Source of the DNA: Takakia lepidozioides
Lineage: Eukaryota; Plantae; Bryophyta
Assembly: GCA_030704615.1 (NCBI GenBank)
Contig: CM060734.1
Coordinates: forward strand, 54,622,001 to 54,686,000
Direction of reading: 5' to 3'
Length of the DNA: 64,000 nt
The notes beneath the pieces were generated by a model. The model had not been told where the DNA came from and searched no databases. It saw nothing but the letters and a program-made list of their open reading frames with translations. Below are positions 1 through 12,500 of the stretch, one piece after another. The translations under genes and the position numbers were made by a program. Each line of letters begins with the position of its first letter. Within the stretch, counting starts at the first letter, position 1.

Positions 1-461
1 GGACTGCTGCCGTGAGACTCATGAGATTCGTCTTGCAGGGCGCACTGGAGTATTGTTGTCATCGACGTGCGGAAAGGCTGTACACTCACATGAACTCCAT
101 CGAGTCTTTGCATGGTTGCCCATATGTTTTGTCATGGATACGGAAGCTGCATGCGGAGTGTTTAGGCTACAGTGTTGATTCACCGGGTTGGGAGGAGGTT
201 AGGGCATTTCAGTTCAACCAACCTGAAGTGCCCCAACAGCCATTCAGCTGGGAATGCGGGTTTTACGTCATGTCCTTCATCCAAGGATATTATGAATGGC
301 TACAAACTGGGCATACTCGAACCTCTTCTAAAAGGGCAGAGAGAGGAGTATATTTCACGAAACACTGGTTTACGTTCAAGTTTGCACTTGGCCAACGGAT
401 GCAGTGTCTTAAGTACATCTTGACTGGTTTGAGTGCTGCTGAGAAAGCAGTATCCTCATAG
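1..461 (+). CDS. 3' end of Ulp1/SUMO-like (C48) cysteine protease, probably MULE cargo gene
   Basis: ORF contains VPQQPFSWECGFYVMSF, matching the Ulp1 'PQQxxxxDCGxxV' catalytic Gln/Cys motif. It is convergent with the adjacent MULE transposase. Confidence 0.75.
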   Translation, partial: TAAVRLMRFVLQGALEYCCHRRAERLYTHMNSIESLHGCPYVLSWIRKLHAECLGYSVDSPGWEEVRAFQFNQPEVPQQPFSWECGFYVMSFIQGYYEWLQTGHTRTSSKRAERGVYFTKHWFTFKFALGQRMQCLKYILTGLSAAEKAVSS

Positions 462-689
462 ATATCCATCTGGGTCCGAGATTAGAGGTGCACCATAGGA
501 TGCATTTGTCATGTAAGTATGCTTTTGAGCATTTGCAACGAAATAAAATATAACTTTGTGTATACACATCCTATTGGTCGCATATGAATGCAGTGTGGAG
601 TAGTTGCTATAGATTTGTGACCAATTCACTGCATGTTGTTAAGCGGACTTACCTCTGCACACACAATCATTTTGTTTAACATACCAAGG

Positions 690-1290
690 GAGTCCACTAG
701 TCAGCAAACAGTCGAGAGTCAGCAGACTGCCAGAGTACAGGAAGAGGGTATGCCTAGGCTTGTGAGCAGACAGATGGCAATGTCGCCAGACTGATGAGAG
801 TCCGACAGACTGAGGAGTTGGGACCAGTCCGGCAGACTGGCAGATGCGATTGGGAACCATGAGTCTGCACTGGTGAGCAGACTGTCGAGAGTCACCGGAG
901 TGGTATAGTACAGGCGGATGGCATTGGCCAGTAGTCTGCCAAGTCTGGTCAGCAGAGTAATGAGAGTCCACCGTGCTGAGAATGGCCAGTCTGATGGGCA
1001 GACCGCATGAGGCTCACTGGTCAGCCAGGTGCAGGCACGTTCAGAACCGGGAGACTGGTCTGCTCAGGAGAAGGCTGGCACAGCAGACTGTTTGAAGACT
1101 GAGTCTCAGCCTGGTACAACAGACTGGTTCAGATACCAGAAGAGTGGTTGAGCAGACTGGTTTAGACACCAGAAGACTGGTTGAGCAGACTGGATCAGAC
1201 GGTAGAAGACTGATTGAGCAGACTGGTTCAGACGCCAGAAGACTGGTTTACCAGGCTGGTTGGCAGGCAGGTTGGAAGTCTGGTGCACAT
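690..1290 (+). repeat. GCAGACTG(G)-rich array including a 33-bp tandem repeat (about 1137-1260)
   Basis: cagaagactggttgagcagactggttcagac-like units at 1137, 1170, 1203 and 1236, with many more CAGACT motifs from about 720. Confidence 0.85.
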
Positions 1291-1454
1291 ACAATCGTAC
1301 CGCCGAAATTTTATTTCATGGGGAGAATGATACTGTACCATTTCTTACATTTCCTACTCTACTTTAAAACTAGTATACGGTCTGCGACTCTCCGGATTGT
1401 GGAGTATATGTGTGCTGCAGGTGTTGGGGCACCAACCCTCTTCCTTGTTTTGTG

Positions 1455-4400
1455 TTAGACCCTGGGTCGCGTTTTCCATGCCTCAACAAAATCCCGTTTC
1501 ATTTTCAGCGACATATTGTTGTTGTCATTTACAGAACGAAAGCTCTTTGCTGCCGCAGGGTGCAGCATTCCTGCATCACTCTTGGCGAGAATATCAACAA
1601 GCTGCCCCCTACAGATACGAAGAGAAGACAACACATGTTTCTGCAGGTATTTGTCGTCCCCAACAATGCGAAGTATGTCTGCAAATTCTTCATCCATGGA
1701 GGAGGGTACGCGGACAGGCTCCGCATCATAGGGGAAGTCATCTGTGGAAGGGCCCTTTGTTGCATTTCCCAAACCCTCTTCGTCGCCAACACTTGCATGA
1801 ACCCTAAACACATTATGCAATCCTCCATGAATGGTTCCCAGCGCCGTGCCACAAGCGCGCACTATGAGTCCATCCTGCAAGTGTGGATGAAGCAACTTCA
1901 GGACTCGGACTTGATGCTTGCACAAATTGCCCTTTATTGCCCATAGGCAAGTGCAAGAAGCCCATTCGCATCCGGGGTTGTAAACAATATAAATTGTGTT
2001 TGGGTGATTGGTGCTTAGAACATAGGCTGGTTGCCCAAGATGGAACGGAAGAGTGACATTGCAAGCTGGGATATCGCGTGCCGCAAGCACATAACTGGAC
2101 ATGTACTTCTCCTGTTTGTCATTCCTTATGAATCCGTGCGTCTTCAGGTGAATTGCATACCAGTAGTGTGTTAGCACACGGCCTGTGAGTTCCCATATGA
2201 GCCAATCTATTCTACGCCCAGTCATTTTGCCTTTCCCCATCCTCAGTCTTACCTTCAAGTTTCCATGGTATGCCTCAATGCTAGCATTGGTGTCTTGACT
2301 AGCATGCGGAACATGGCAAGCTGCTGTACACCACATTGCTATTTTAGGACGCCATTCCTTATCGATGTAGTCTAGAAATTCATGCCCATTCGGATATTTC
2401 TTTCTCATGCGTCGGACCGTTGTTGCTACCCATGCAAGACCTTCTTTGGGATTGATTGGTCCACCTCTACAGTACATGAGGTCTCCCATATCTTTCAGCA
2501 AGTTTGCGGCAGTGATAGGATCATTGGTTTTCGCGCATGATTGCTTCACCCAAGCCCGCCGGACATGCCGAAGGCACAGGAAAATTAGCACTCCTAAAAA
2601 AACAGCCCTGCAAAGTACACATGCCCACATGAGAGACTTCAAAGAGGACTTGGCCGGTGGATTTGGGCACTACCCAGTAAATTGTCTAGTTGACTGGTCT
2701 GCCTGTCTGTTCCAAACGGATTCAGGCAGCAGACTCGCCCACTCTGACCTGCCATGAGTGTTGCCCCCATGACACCGCCAGCAGACCTGACCACACTGAC
2801 CTCGCAGTGGACTTACGTAAGTGAGTCTTGCAACGGACTTGGCCAGAGGGCATCCCGACCGGACTGGGTTGCCAGCAGACTTCCGAACAGTCCCCTCCGG
2901 ACTCGCCTGCCAGCAGACCAGAGTGAGGTCGCAGTAGACTGGTGCACGTGAGTCTTGCAGCGGACTGCTTGCAAACAGTCCCTCCAGCGGACCTGCCTGC
3001 CAGCGGACTTGCTGGACCACACTGAGGTCGCAGCAGACTGGCGCACGTGAGTCTTGTAGCAGATAGCTTGCGAACAGTCCCATCCGGCGGACTCGCCTGC
3101 GAGCGGACTTGCTCGACCAGACTGAGGTCGTAGCAGACTGGCGCACGTGAGTCTTGCAGCGGACTGCTTGCGAACAGTCCCATCCGGCGGACCTGCCTGC
3201 CAGCGGACTTGCTGGACCAAACTGAGGTCGCAACAGACTGACGCACATGAGTCTTGCAGTGAACTGCTTGCGAACAGTCCCCTCCGGCGGACTGGCTTGC
3301 CAGCGGACTTGGCCTTAGGAGACCGGCAACAGACTTACCCAAACGCACACCCGAGCAGACTGACCTTGCAGCGTACTTGCGCAAGTGAGTCTTCCAGCGG
3401 ACTTCACTAGAGGACATTACCAATGGACTGGTTTGCCAGCAGACTTGCAGAAAAGAATGGGCCGGACTTGCAGCCAAGACTGCGTTGTATGGCAGGGGAC
3501 TTGCCGAAGAGACAAACAATGGACGTAGACGACGGACTTGCATGCGAGTGTACAAGAGGGTACATGAAACTTACGTAATGGCGTTTATTTCGGCGTCGGC
3601 ATCGTCCAAAATGAAGGCATTGGGTCGCCAGTCCGACATTTCTGCGAGGAGAGAGTCCCGCAAGGCTGCCATCCACGGCACCAAGTCTGTTGTCCGCTCA
3701 CGCGCGCATATGATGTACGCAACTGGTATACCGTTAAGCCACTCGTCAAAGACCATCAACGTGTACAATGGGAACTGTTCAAATGCAGAATGTCAGATGC
3801 TGCCAGTGTGCGTACATCCACTACTTCTGCAAGTGGATAAATTGTGAAAGGGATGAAGAGTACCTTGTGGTGATTTGTCCCGAAGGTTGCATCGCATGCA
3901 ACGATACGGGCATGGCCTAATTGAAGCATTTGCTTCTTCGGCCACTCAGTCTGTATGCCGATTGTGAATGTTAAGTCGCCATCGTAGTGCTTGAATGTTG
4001 GCGCCAATTTTTCCTCTTGATAGAAGAAGACCGATTTCGGGTTCTGGTCTTTCCACATGCGGACACTCTCCGCATCGTTGATATGTTTTTTGAACGTTTG
4101 CCACGCCCATTTCTCGGCCAGGTTGCGCACATCCTGCTCTAGCAAAAAATCGTCTCGTGTCCATGCATCCCCCAACCCGGTGTTGTTCATGACGTGCTCT
4201 TTATGTTCCATCATGATTTGGGCGACTAACAGGCCTCGGCACAGACACTCCATGACCCATGCTTTCAATTCCTCGCTAATGTGTGGTGCGTAGGCATGGC
4301 GAGTGTTCCTGAACTCAACGGACTTCCCATGACATGGGTTCCCTTTCGCGTCTGTATGCTCCATATTATTGTAGTACGTGAGGACACAAATGTCGGGGGT

Positions 4401-5128
4401 GAGATAGCATTGCTGGACCTTGAAATAGCACTGGCAACCACGCTTGTAAGACTCTCCATATTCCGACTTCTTTCTCCTTGGGCCTTTATGAGGGTGAGAT
4501 GTTCCAGCACCCAGAAGAGGTCCTCCACGTTTCAGTTTGGGATCCTCCACTATCGCATTGTTGGTGCGTTTGTCATCAGGACCATAGCAGCATTGATACC
4601 TGGACATAAAAATCACAATGGATATCCATCGACTTCTGGAAGCATGAAATCACAGAACGTGGGTACGAAAAATGGCAACAGACATGCAATCAGACTACAA
4701 AAGGACGATGAGGATGGAGCACACATGATACTGTTCAGAGAACTGCTGGCTCTCGGCTCTTTTAGCATGCCAAGTTGCACTTTAGTATGAACATTCACCC
4801 AAAACTGAGTGGGGTAGTCCACCAAACTCTCATCTCCAAGGAGAAAGTCATCAACTCTATCCCACGGTATGCAGGCCTTCAAAACATTCTGTCTGGCACC
4901 CATATAACCATATTGCGTGTCTCTCTTCCATTGGAGGTCCTTCCTGTTGAAGGGTCCGGGTTTGGGTGTTTGCAAACTTTGTCGAAGAGGCCGTATAATC
5001 CAGCATCCCGTTTTTAGTATATCATCACCTTCTGCTTCCACGTCCATGCCCTGTACAGTACAGAGGACACGCTTCAGAACCTGCAAGAAACGCGCCGCAA
5101 TACACTGGACACGATGGACAACGTGCAA
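1455..5128 (-). mobile_element. Mutator-like (MULE) DDE transposase with C-terminal SWIM zinc finger, spliced
   Basis: Exons give KRGCQCYF (WRKY/FAR1-like), IVACDATFGTN (D1), FILDDADAE (D2), CLRHVRRAW (CxxH), DTNASIEAYH (E) and CTCLWAIKGNLCKH (SWIM CxCxnCxH). GT-AG intron at about 2609-3575. No stops seen in the exons. Confidence 0.9.
2690..3490 (+). repeat. About 100-bp tandem repeat array inside the MULE transposase intron, built from GC(A/G)GACT motifs
   Basis: actgaggtcg(c/t)a..agactg..gcac.tgagtcttg starts at about 2922, 3021, 3121 and 3221. Confidence 0.9.
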
Positions 5129-5479
5129 GGAGCATCAGTGTGCACGTTCGCGACTGCTGGCAAGTGGCAGGCAGCAGGGATAAGGTTTCAATTCATGCCC
5201 TAAAAATGGAGGGCTCAGATGGCATTTGCGAACGGACGGTCCAGATGCGGCATCATCAGTGGACTGGAGGAAAGCGGACTCATGGGCGGCGCACTGGCGG
5301 GCACATTGTTGGGTGGACTGGCCGGGACTGGCACAACGGACTGGCATGGATGGCGCGGATGGGTTTCTCAGAATGGATGATCCAGATCCTTCGGCTGGCA
5401 CGGACTGACAGACTGGCAGACTGGGGGGCAGTAGACGGGCACAGCGGACTGTTGGGTGGACTTGCAGGGACCAACGACG

Positions 5480-5659
5480 CAATGGCGTGAGCCTTGTGCG
5501 TGAGCGCGCAAGCGTACGCTCACGCCAGCTGACGTGGCGTGAGCGTCATGTCAGCAGGCTGATGTGGCGGCAAATGATGACGTGGCACCACGCCGTCATC
5601 TGCCACGTCAGCATTAACATGCGCCGCCTATAACCGCGGATGGTCCTATGACCGTGGAA
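5480..5659. repeat. Probable terminal (TIR) region of the MULE, rich in ACGTGG/GTGAGC and short inverted repeats
   Basis: GC-rich block upstream of the transposase. A related inverted copy lies at 29348-29515. The partner terminus is outside the window. Confidence 0.5.
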
Positions 5660-6299
5660 TTAATGCAGGGAATCTTGCCTAAATAGAATCAAGATTACCA
5701 TGAGGCCTACAATTGTAGCATCCAACATTGTGCAATTACAAATGCTTGTTTCACTTTTACAATTACGAGGACGAGAAAATATCCTCACAAAGTGTGCGCC
5801 ATAGAGGCTGCCACGAGAAGACCTTCCTCCCTCCTCAAATAACAATGAGAGTTAGGATCATCTTCAAAAGATGATTGTAGTGCATAGCGACAGCAAGACA
5901 TGTAGACTTCGAACAGTGCAATGACAAATGTGCTTTTAAAAGTTGCCACTCAGAGCTCACTCCATATAGTTGGAGGCCATATCATTGCACCGCCGACGAA
6001 TTGATGTGAATTACACATTTCAAATCATGGTCGTCCACATACCACATTGCATAGTTGATGCTACCCATGTGTTGTATCCCGCTGCAATAGAGTATCGACC
6101 TCGTTGAAACTCATAGTGGCCTGGTGAATGAAGTTGTCACGTTTGGGATCGCAAACCATCCTCTTCAAAAATATGAAATACAAATGTTTGCAGGGTATGA
6201 ATTTACCTCTCTTGCCCAAACTGGTTGATAACATATTCACAAAATCAGGACATGTGCAATTGGGGAAATTGGAAACCGTGATGTCGTAGGTCCTGTCAT

Positions 6300-8040
6300 G
6301 AACAGTAGATGTGGAAGTGATGATTGTGAATACCCGACCATATCATGGATCGGGTACTTCCGTTGTGCTTACAACACGAGCTTGGAGCATTCTTGCGGAC
6401 TCCACTTTGCCAAAGTGTTTAGCGGTTGGAGGGAAACGCCGAACGAGCTTTCCATCTCGTTTGGTTGGCCACAAGTCAGGATTTGCTAGGGGGACCCGGG
6501 AGGACGCAGAAGTAGTAGCACATGCATGGAGTTGGGGTTGTCTCGCAAGGGAAAAGCCTGCCTCCTCCAGCATTTCAATCTTCTGAAATCTGAGATGTGT
6601 TCCCACCTTCACGGGCCAAACGGTTGGAGGAGATGGCTTCATCACTACGGAAGGACGCACAGTTCCATACACACATCTGGCACAATCATCTGCGCAGAAC
6701 CAGAACTTGTGGTTCTTGGCTTCTGGTTGACCGTATGGACGCATCAAACCCGTGAAAGTCGGAGCAGGAGTTCAGGCACCACCTCTGGATATAGATGAAG
6801 TGCACTTCTCGAAATTAGTTACCCTGATCGCTGTACATTTCACATGAGACCCTACACTGGTGCGTTCTATGTGCCAAACGTGGTCGGGGCATGCAGACTC
6901 AAGCACATCAAGGGGGTTGTTTCTCTCCTGCACCATTTCAGTGGCACTGTTTGATGCTAGAGCTTGCCGTCGTGTTGGAGGTTCCTCCATAATGGAGGTT
7001 CCGGACATGGACTATCATGCAGGGGAACACGAGGCTTCGATAAGTTATCACGGTCTGCCCTGTGCAAATCGGAATCCGAACCAGGTAGAGTGTTCAATTT
7101 CCTCTTACAGGAGCCGAATCTCTCCTCCCCTTCAAGATGTGGAACTCTAGAAACAAGTGGCGTTCCCTGGGCATACATGCTCACCGCCCGTGCTATCTTG
7201 ATTGGATCCCCATATCTGTTTGCAGCACGCAACATCAACTCCCATTTGTCCGGACCCTTGCCACCAACCCCACCTCGCAAGAAATCACGGTATCGGGTTT
7301 GTTGTTGCAAGGAACGTATCAAATCATCGGTTGTTGCTACATACAAATCCCGACCTCGTTTCCCAGACTGCTGCAACCATGTGTTGTGCACAGTTTCTGT
7401 CAAATTGCAAGATGGCATGTCCGCCATTTCCTCAATGGACATGTTCTGCAAAGTGGAGAACCACACTTCAAAACAGTGAACAAAAAACAACATAAAGAAA
7501 GCGAGGAGACAATAAAATGGAAAGTAAATGTATGAATAAAGCAAGAAATATAAGCCTCGTACCACTGCCATGGTTGCTCCCCGCTGTCTATACCGGAAGT
7601 GCTAAAATGCCAGCCAATCTTCCAATGCTCTCATACTCTCAAGTGATACAGCTCCAGAAGAGAACCACCAGGCACGAGTCGTACCCGTCACTGCCATTGC
7701 GTGAGGACGACGCCACGCGTCGACCCACACACTCTCCACGTGGTCCCCGTGGATTCGTCTGCCGGAAGTTGTGCAGTTGACTTCGCCAGTGGCTGTTGTG
7801 ACGTCACATGCAACACTCTAAGTGATGTGGCTGACTGCGATGTGGCGTCTTGGGCCCGTGGCCATGCGGCAGCATTGCCGCTCGTCGCGGCGCCGCCACA
7901 TCGGCATCCACGTCCGTGTCCATGTGTCACCGCGCCCCGGGTGAGTTAGTCCACTCATCCGGAGGAAAAAATCAAAGTCAGCCATAAAGGTCAGACACAC
8001 GGGCTGCCCGCCTGGTTACGCCACGTGGTTCTTTAGCATT
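6300..8040 (-). mobile_element. Internally deleted, degenerate MULE-like transposon: C-terminal transposase exons joined to an ACGTGG-rich terminus
   Basis: Exon about 7560-7690 reads RAWWFSSGA...LEDWLAF*HFRYRQ. The next exon MSIEEMADMPSCNLTETVHNTW resembles the TxNxxExxH catalytic-Glu motif. Downstream Cys-rich FWFCADDCARC. Frameshifts and stops are present, and 7690-8040 is non-coding and palindrome-rich. Confidence 0.55.
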
Positions 8041-9513
8041 AATCGCATTAATCGCTGAGCAGTTGTTCGTGCGTCTGCGTCCTTTACCACTCCAATCATT
8101 GGATGTCCAACCCAACTACCACGTCTGTTGTAACTAGTCTGTTGTAACTTCCAGTCGATCCCAGTTTGTTGACTTTTACGACTCAAAATGAGTCGTTACC
8201 CCAGTGGTAAATGACACGAATGCTTCTAGTGGGGTATGCCTATGACGGTTATACTTTTGCATTGTTCCTCATGTTTTCTGCACAGTATATATTTCCAATT
8301 ATCAAAAGAAACATTGTATGCATGGGGATGACCCGCCCCTTTTTGTGCCAATTGAACGTAGTTCTCAGAATTCGTCGCTAGTAGTGCGGAGCAACGCGAA
8401 GCCCTAGTAAATAAATAATCCAAGTGGTTCCATGTTGTGGTGGGCAGCGTGATGGTAAGATGATAACATTGCAGGTGGCGAGGTTCTGGGTTTGATTCTT
8501 GGTGGGAGACTCTTGTAGTGTAACCCTAGTCTCTCATGTAACCCTGGTTAGTCCGGGTTATTAGTGTAACCCCGTTCTCTCATGTAGCCCTGGTTAGTCT
8601 ATTCACTTAGCTATACTTAGCCAAATTTGGACTTAGTCAAATTTGGAGACCAAGTGTGAGTTACACCAAGTGGAGTTACACTCCATTCTGCGTAAACCCG
8701 AGTGGAGTTACACACCTCGCCGTGTAACCCCGATTGGAGTTTACACACCTTCAATTCCATGTCACTCTCAAGAGAGGGTGGGGAAGATTTGACATGCCGG
8801 AAACCAGCGTACCATCCTGTCAGAGGTTGCACGTGTCCATTAAGTTCTTACATTATTCCTATTATCTTCCCCGGTCAAATGAGTGAGAGGCAGTGGCCCA
8901 TCCGCTGGGATCCTTTTCATCCCCTTGCCCACCAACGGAAGGCGGCATTGTTCATCGTTGCTCCCGGATACGCAGGATATTTCAACGTCAACGACGAGAA
9001 CTGAACGAAGAACGTTTTCAGTCGTCCGTCGAATGTGGAGGATTCTCGCGCTCGGCGATGAGAAAGTGGGATGAGATCTGTGAAGAGTGCGGATGTGAAG
9101 AGGTCAGTAGGCGACACGTGGAGGAGGTGACGCATGACGGCCCAGGTGCTTGGAGCGAGCGCGAGTGATGTTATTAGATTTGAGGACTCTCTCATTTTGC
9201 GGACTTGTGGGTGGGTCCCTGCACCGCAAAACAAGCTCGGATTTCCACTTCGGAGGGCGGCGTGATGTTGCCAAGCCCGATCTGATTGTATGCCCAATTC
9301 GGCATCGCGAGTGTGCTGATAAACTTGGATCGCTGCTTCTTGCGTGGAAAATTTTGTGGGGGTATGTGGGAGGGCTTCAAAGCTGGTGCTGGAGAAGAGG
9401 GAGCTTATCGCTGCTTGTGGGTGGGCGAGTTTTTGAGGGAACTTCGTGGCCAAGTCGGAGGAGAGTTGATTTTTGACGCAACGGACGCGCTGTAGAAGAG
9501 GTGATCTGTGAGA

Positions 9514-12500
9514 ATGGATGGAGTTGTGAAGAAGCTGGAGGGGGAGAAGGAGGTGGGTTTCGAGGAATTGGAGTACCAGAGAGGATTTGGGAACAATTTT
9601 TCCAGCGAGGGTTTGAAGGGGGCGCTGCCAGAGGGCCAGAACAGCCCCCTTCGGTGCCCGTATGGCCTATACGCTGAGCAGATTTCCGGTACAGCTTTCA
9701 CAGTTCCGAGAAAATTGAACCAAAGAAGGTGGGAATTTGTCTGGCTCCCTCACCCTCACACGTATTTGGAGTCAGATACAGTCAATGAATCGAGTCATAC
9801 GGTTTTTCGAGTGTTTGCTCATTAGTTTCTGTTCTCCTCGCGTTGGTGAGTGTGTTGTCCCCTGATTCTTCGCTACATGTGCATGTGCAATTAGGTGGTT
9901 GCCTGAACGCAGGGTTTGATTATCTCGTTAGTTTTTCTTAAACCTATAAAGTTTTGGGTTACGTTTACCACATGGATTGCAACACTAGTCACAAGGGAAA
10001 GATTACTCCAAAGCTCAAGCTCACCAGATTGCGGCAATCTGTAACAGGATATTCAGGCTGGAAGACATGCCCTTCGCCTACGCTCGTGATGTTGCATTTT
10101 GGGTGTGCGAAGGGAGTGTGTAGCGTATTACCATTTCTACTGAGCTACACGAGATCCGAGTTTTTGGCTCTACACTTGCTTCACAGGAATCCGATGCATA
10201 ATATAATTGTCCTCCTTGTGAAGCTTTGTGGGTTCTGTTAGATTCGATGGTGTGATGAGTGGGTGTTTTGTATGCATCCAATGACTTGTAAGTGCATCTG
10301 CGGTGCAGCTGGTTGTACCGCATCAAGCCGTCAGTGACGCACGAGCCATTTCATCCCCGCGAGCCTGCCAACAAACGACTCCTCAGTGTTTTCAGCGAGA
10401 CAACAGCCACCATGACTCCAACACAGCTGCGTTGGAAGCCGGGCCCCATTCCAGAGGCTCAGACAAACTTCATCGACGGGCTCTTCACAGTGTGCGGGGC
10501 TGGCAGCTCCCTTGTCCGTCATGGCTACGCAGTGCACATGTACAACTCTTGCTCAGTCTCTCGGGATGCGTAACCCTCATCAATACAAGTAGAGAACAAA
10601 TTGTAGAGTGTAGATATGGCTACTTCGGGGGGAGCGTAAGCCCATCACTTTTGGTTCTTTGGCAAGCGTCTTCTCTCTCTTTTTCAGCACCCTTCCCTAG
10701 CAGAAGATAAGCAAGGGTGAATTATGTCGCAATGGCCCAGGCAATTCTGGATTACAAGTCTTGTGGATCGAGTCTGTCAAAACTACCTGAAGGCATTTCA
10801 TTAGAAGGCCATATGGTGTCTATATTAGTAAGTCCATGATTTAGACACGTGATTTGGCCAGATGGAAATGCTCCACTTTAGTGTGATGAGGCTGACTCGG
10901 GACTTACAGCAATGCTTTTCCAGTACACCTGAGCTGTTCAAATTGGTGCTTTAGTTTTGTAATAGCTCACTGACACTTTCAAAGTATCTAATTATACCCA
11001 ATGTGCTCAGGTATACTGCCAACACGTCCATGGAAGGCTGTGCTTTTGCAAACGCTGATGGGGACCTTCTGATTGTTCCACAACAAGGAAGTATGCTTTT
11101 ATACATGATCCACCATATTAAATAGGGTAGCACTGACTCTGTCAATCAGGTTACACCCTTGTGGTTTTGGACATGAGTTGCCTGGAAAAATCTGGAAGCA
11201 TATTGTGGGTAGGAGTGAAGGAGGTTTTGAAAAATAAATCAAGACAGGTTTCTGTATCTATCTGTTTCAATAAATGCTTGGACCTGAATACGTTGTGGTC
11301 TGCACACCAGACAGTGATCATGGTTATTATCTATAGTGACATGCAGAGTTCACAGCAGTTGTCATGGAGTTGCCACGATGTTTTATAAAAGGTTGGTGTC
11401 CAATACTATGGTTGCTGGTGGTGGATGAAGGCAGGTTCGAGTCCCACGGATACAACCACTGCCTCTCATGCACTTAATGGGTCAAAGATATATGGCTCAA
11501 TGAATCATTGTGTGAAATCCATGGTTTATGTCAATGTGGAGGCTTCATGGTTCAAAACTGTGGTCCCCTGTCTGTGGCATGTCAGAATTATGGATCAAGA
11601 CAGAGATGGGAAGGTTGCAAGTGTCTCCAGGGGAACTGGTTGTTCTTCAGATCGGTATTCGATTTTCAATAAAGCTGCCAGACGGACCTTCACGGGGCTA
11701 TGTACTGGAGGTTTTTGATGGTCATTTCCAGCTTCCAGACTTGGGTCCCATTGGTATGTTGTGTCTGCTTTCCACTACCTTGCCACAGGCTGAGCATTTT
11801 CAGGTTCTTGGTTGCACTGAGAGATGGAACTTCTCCCGTTATCTACTATTTCTCCTCGAGTTGGTTAGATCCCCAGTGCTTTGGCACTGTAATCTCTAAT
11901 TACAGGTGGTATATGTCTTGGTAGCTTTCTCTTTTGATAGCTTTCTCTTTGGGGTCTAGTTATTGGGCAAATGACAACTCAGATTGACGTTTTGTGTGAA
12001 GGGATTTCTAGAGGTTATCTGGAAAACTCGGATCAATTGTCTGTTTCAAGGTAAGGCATACTACAGGCGTCAGCCCCTGACAAAGGTAGTTTCTGTCCCT
12101 TTGTGTTCCTCTCAAACTGGGTACGGGGTCAATGGCCACAAGGCGAGGCAAACAACGTCTTATGAGTACATTCTTTGGTAGACAGCCCAATCTGGGCGCT
12201 GGGTCTATGGCAACAAGGCTACGGCAAACAACGTCATATGAGCACGTTCTTGACATGTGTCGAGAGTTTAGAACTTATTTATCCTGCAGAGATTTCAAAT
12301 GTGACTGCAGAGCTTTGCAACATCTAATAAGACCTTTGGGGGGGCATCATGAAACTCAGGTGCAAATGGACTGGCTGACCCCAGGGACTTTCTGACACCT
12401 ACTGCATGGTTTGAGGAAAAGAACTGGCCAGCCCGGGGCTTCACAGTTATCCACAAGTTTGGGGGCTCGCTCTTTCAGGCCAAACAGGACTTCTCTCCTT

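Noticed and set aside
2670-3555. Long ORFs (192-277 aa) over the MULE intron
   Set aside because: Translations of the 100-bp tandem repeat lying inside a GT-AG intron.
8430-8760. Possible tRNA-derived SINE followed by GTAACCC/GAGTTACAC repeats
   Set aside because: Only a weak B-box, with no clear A-box, tail or TSD.
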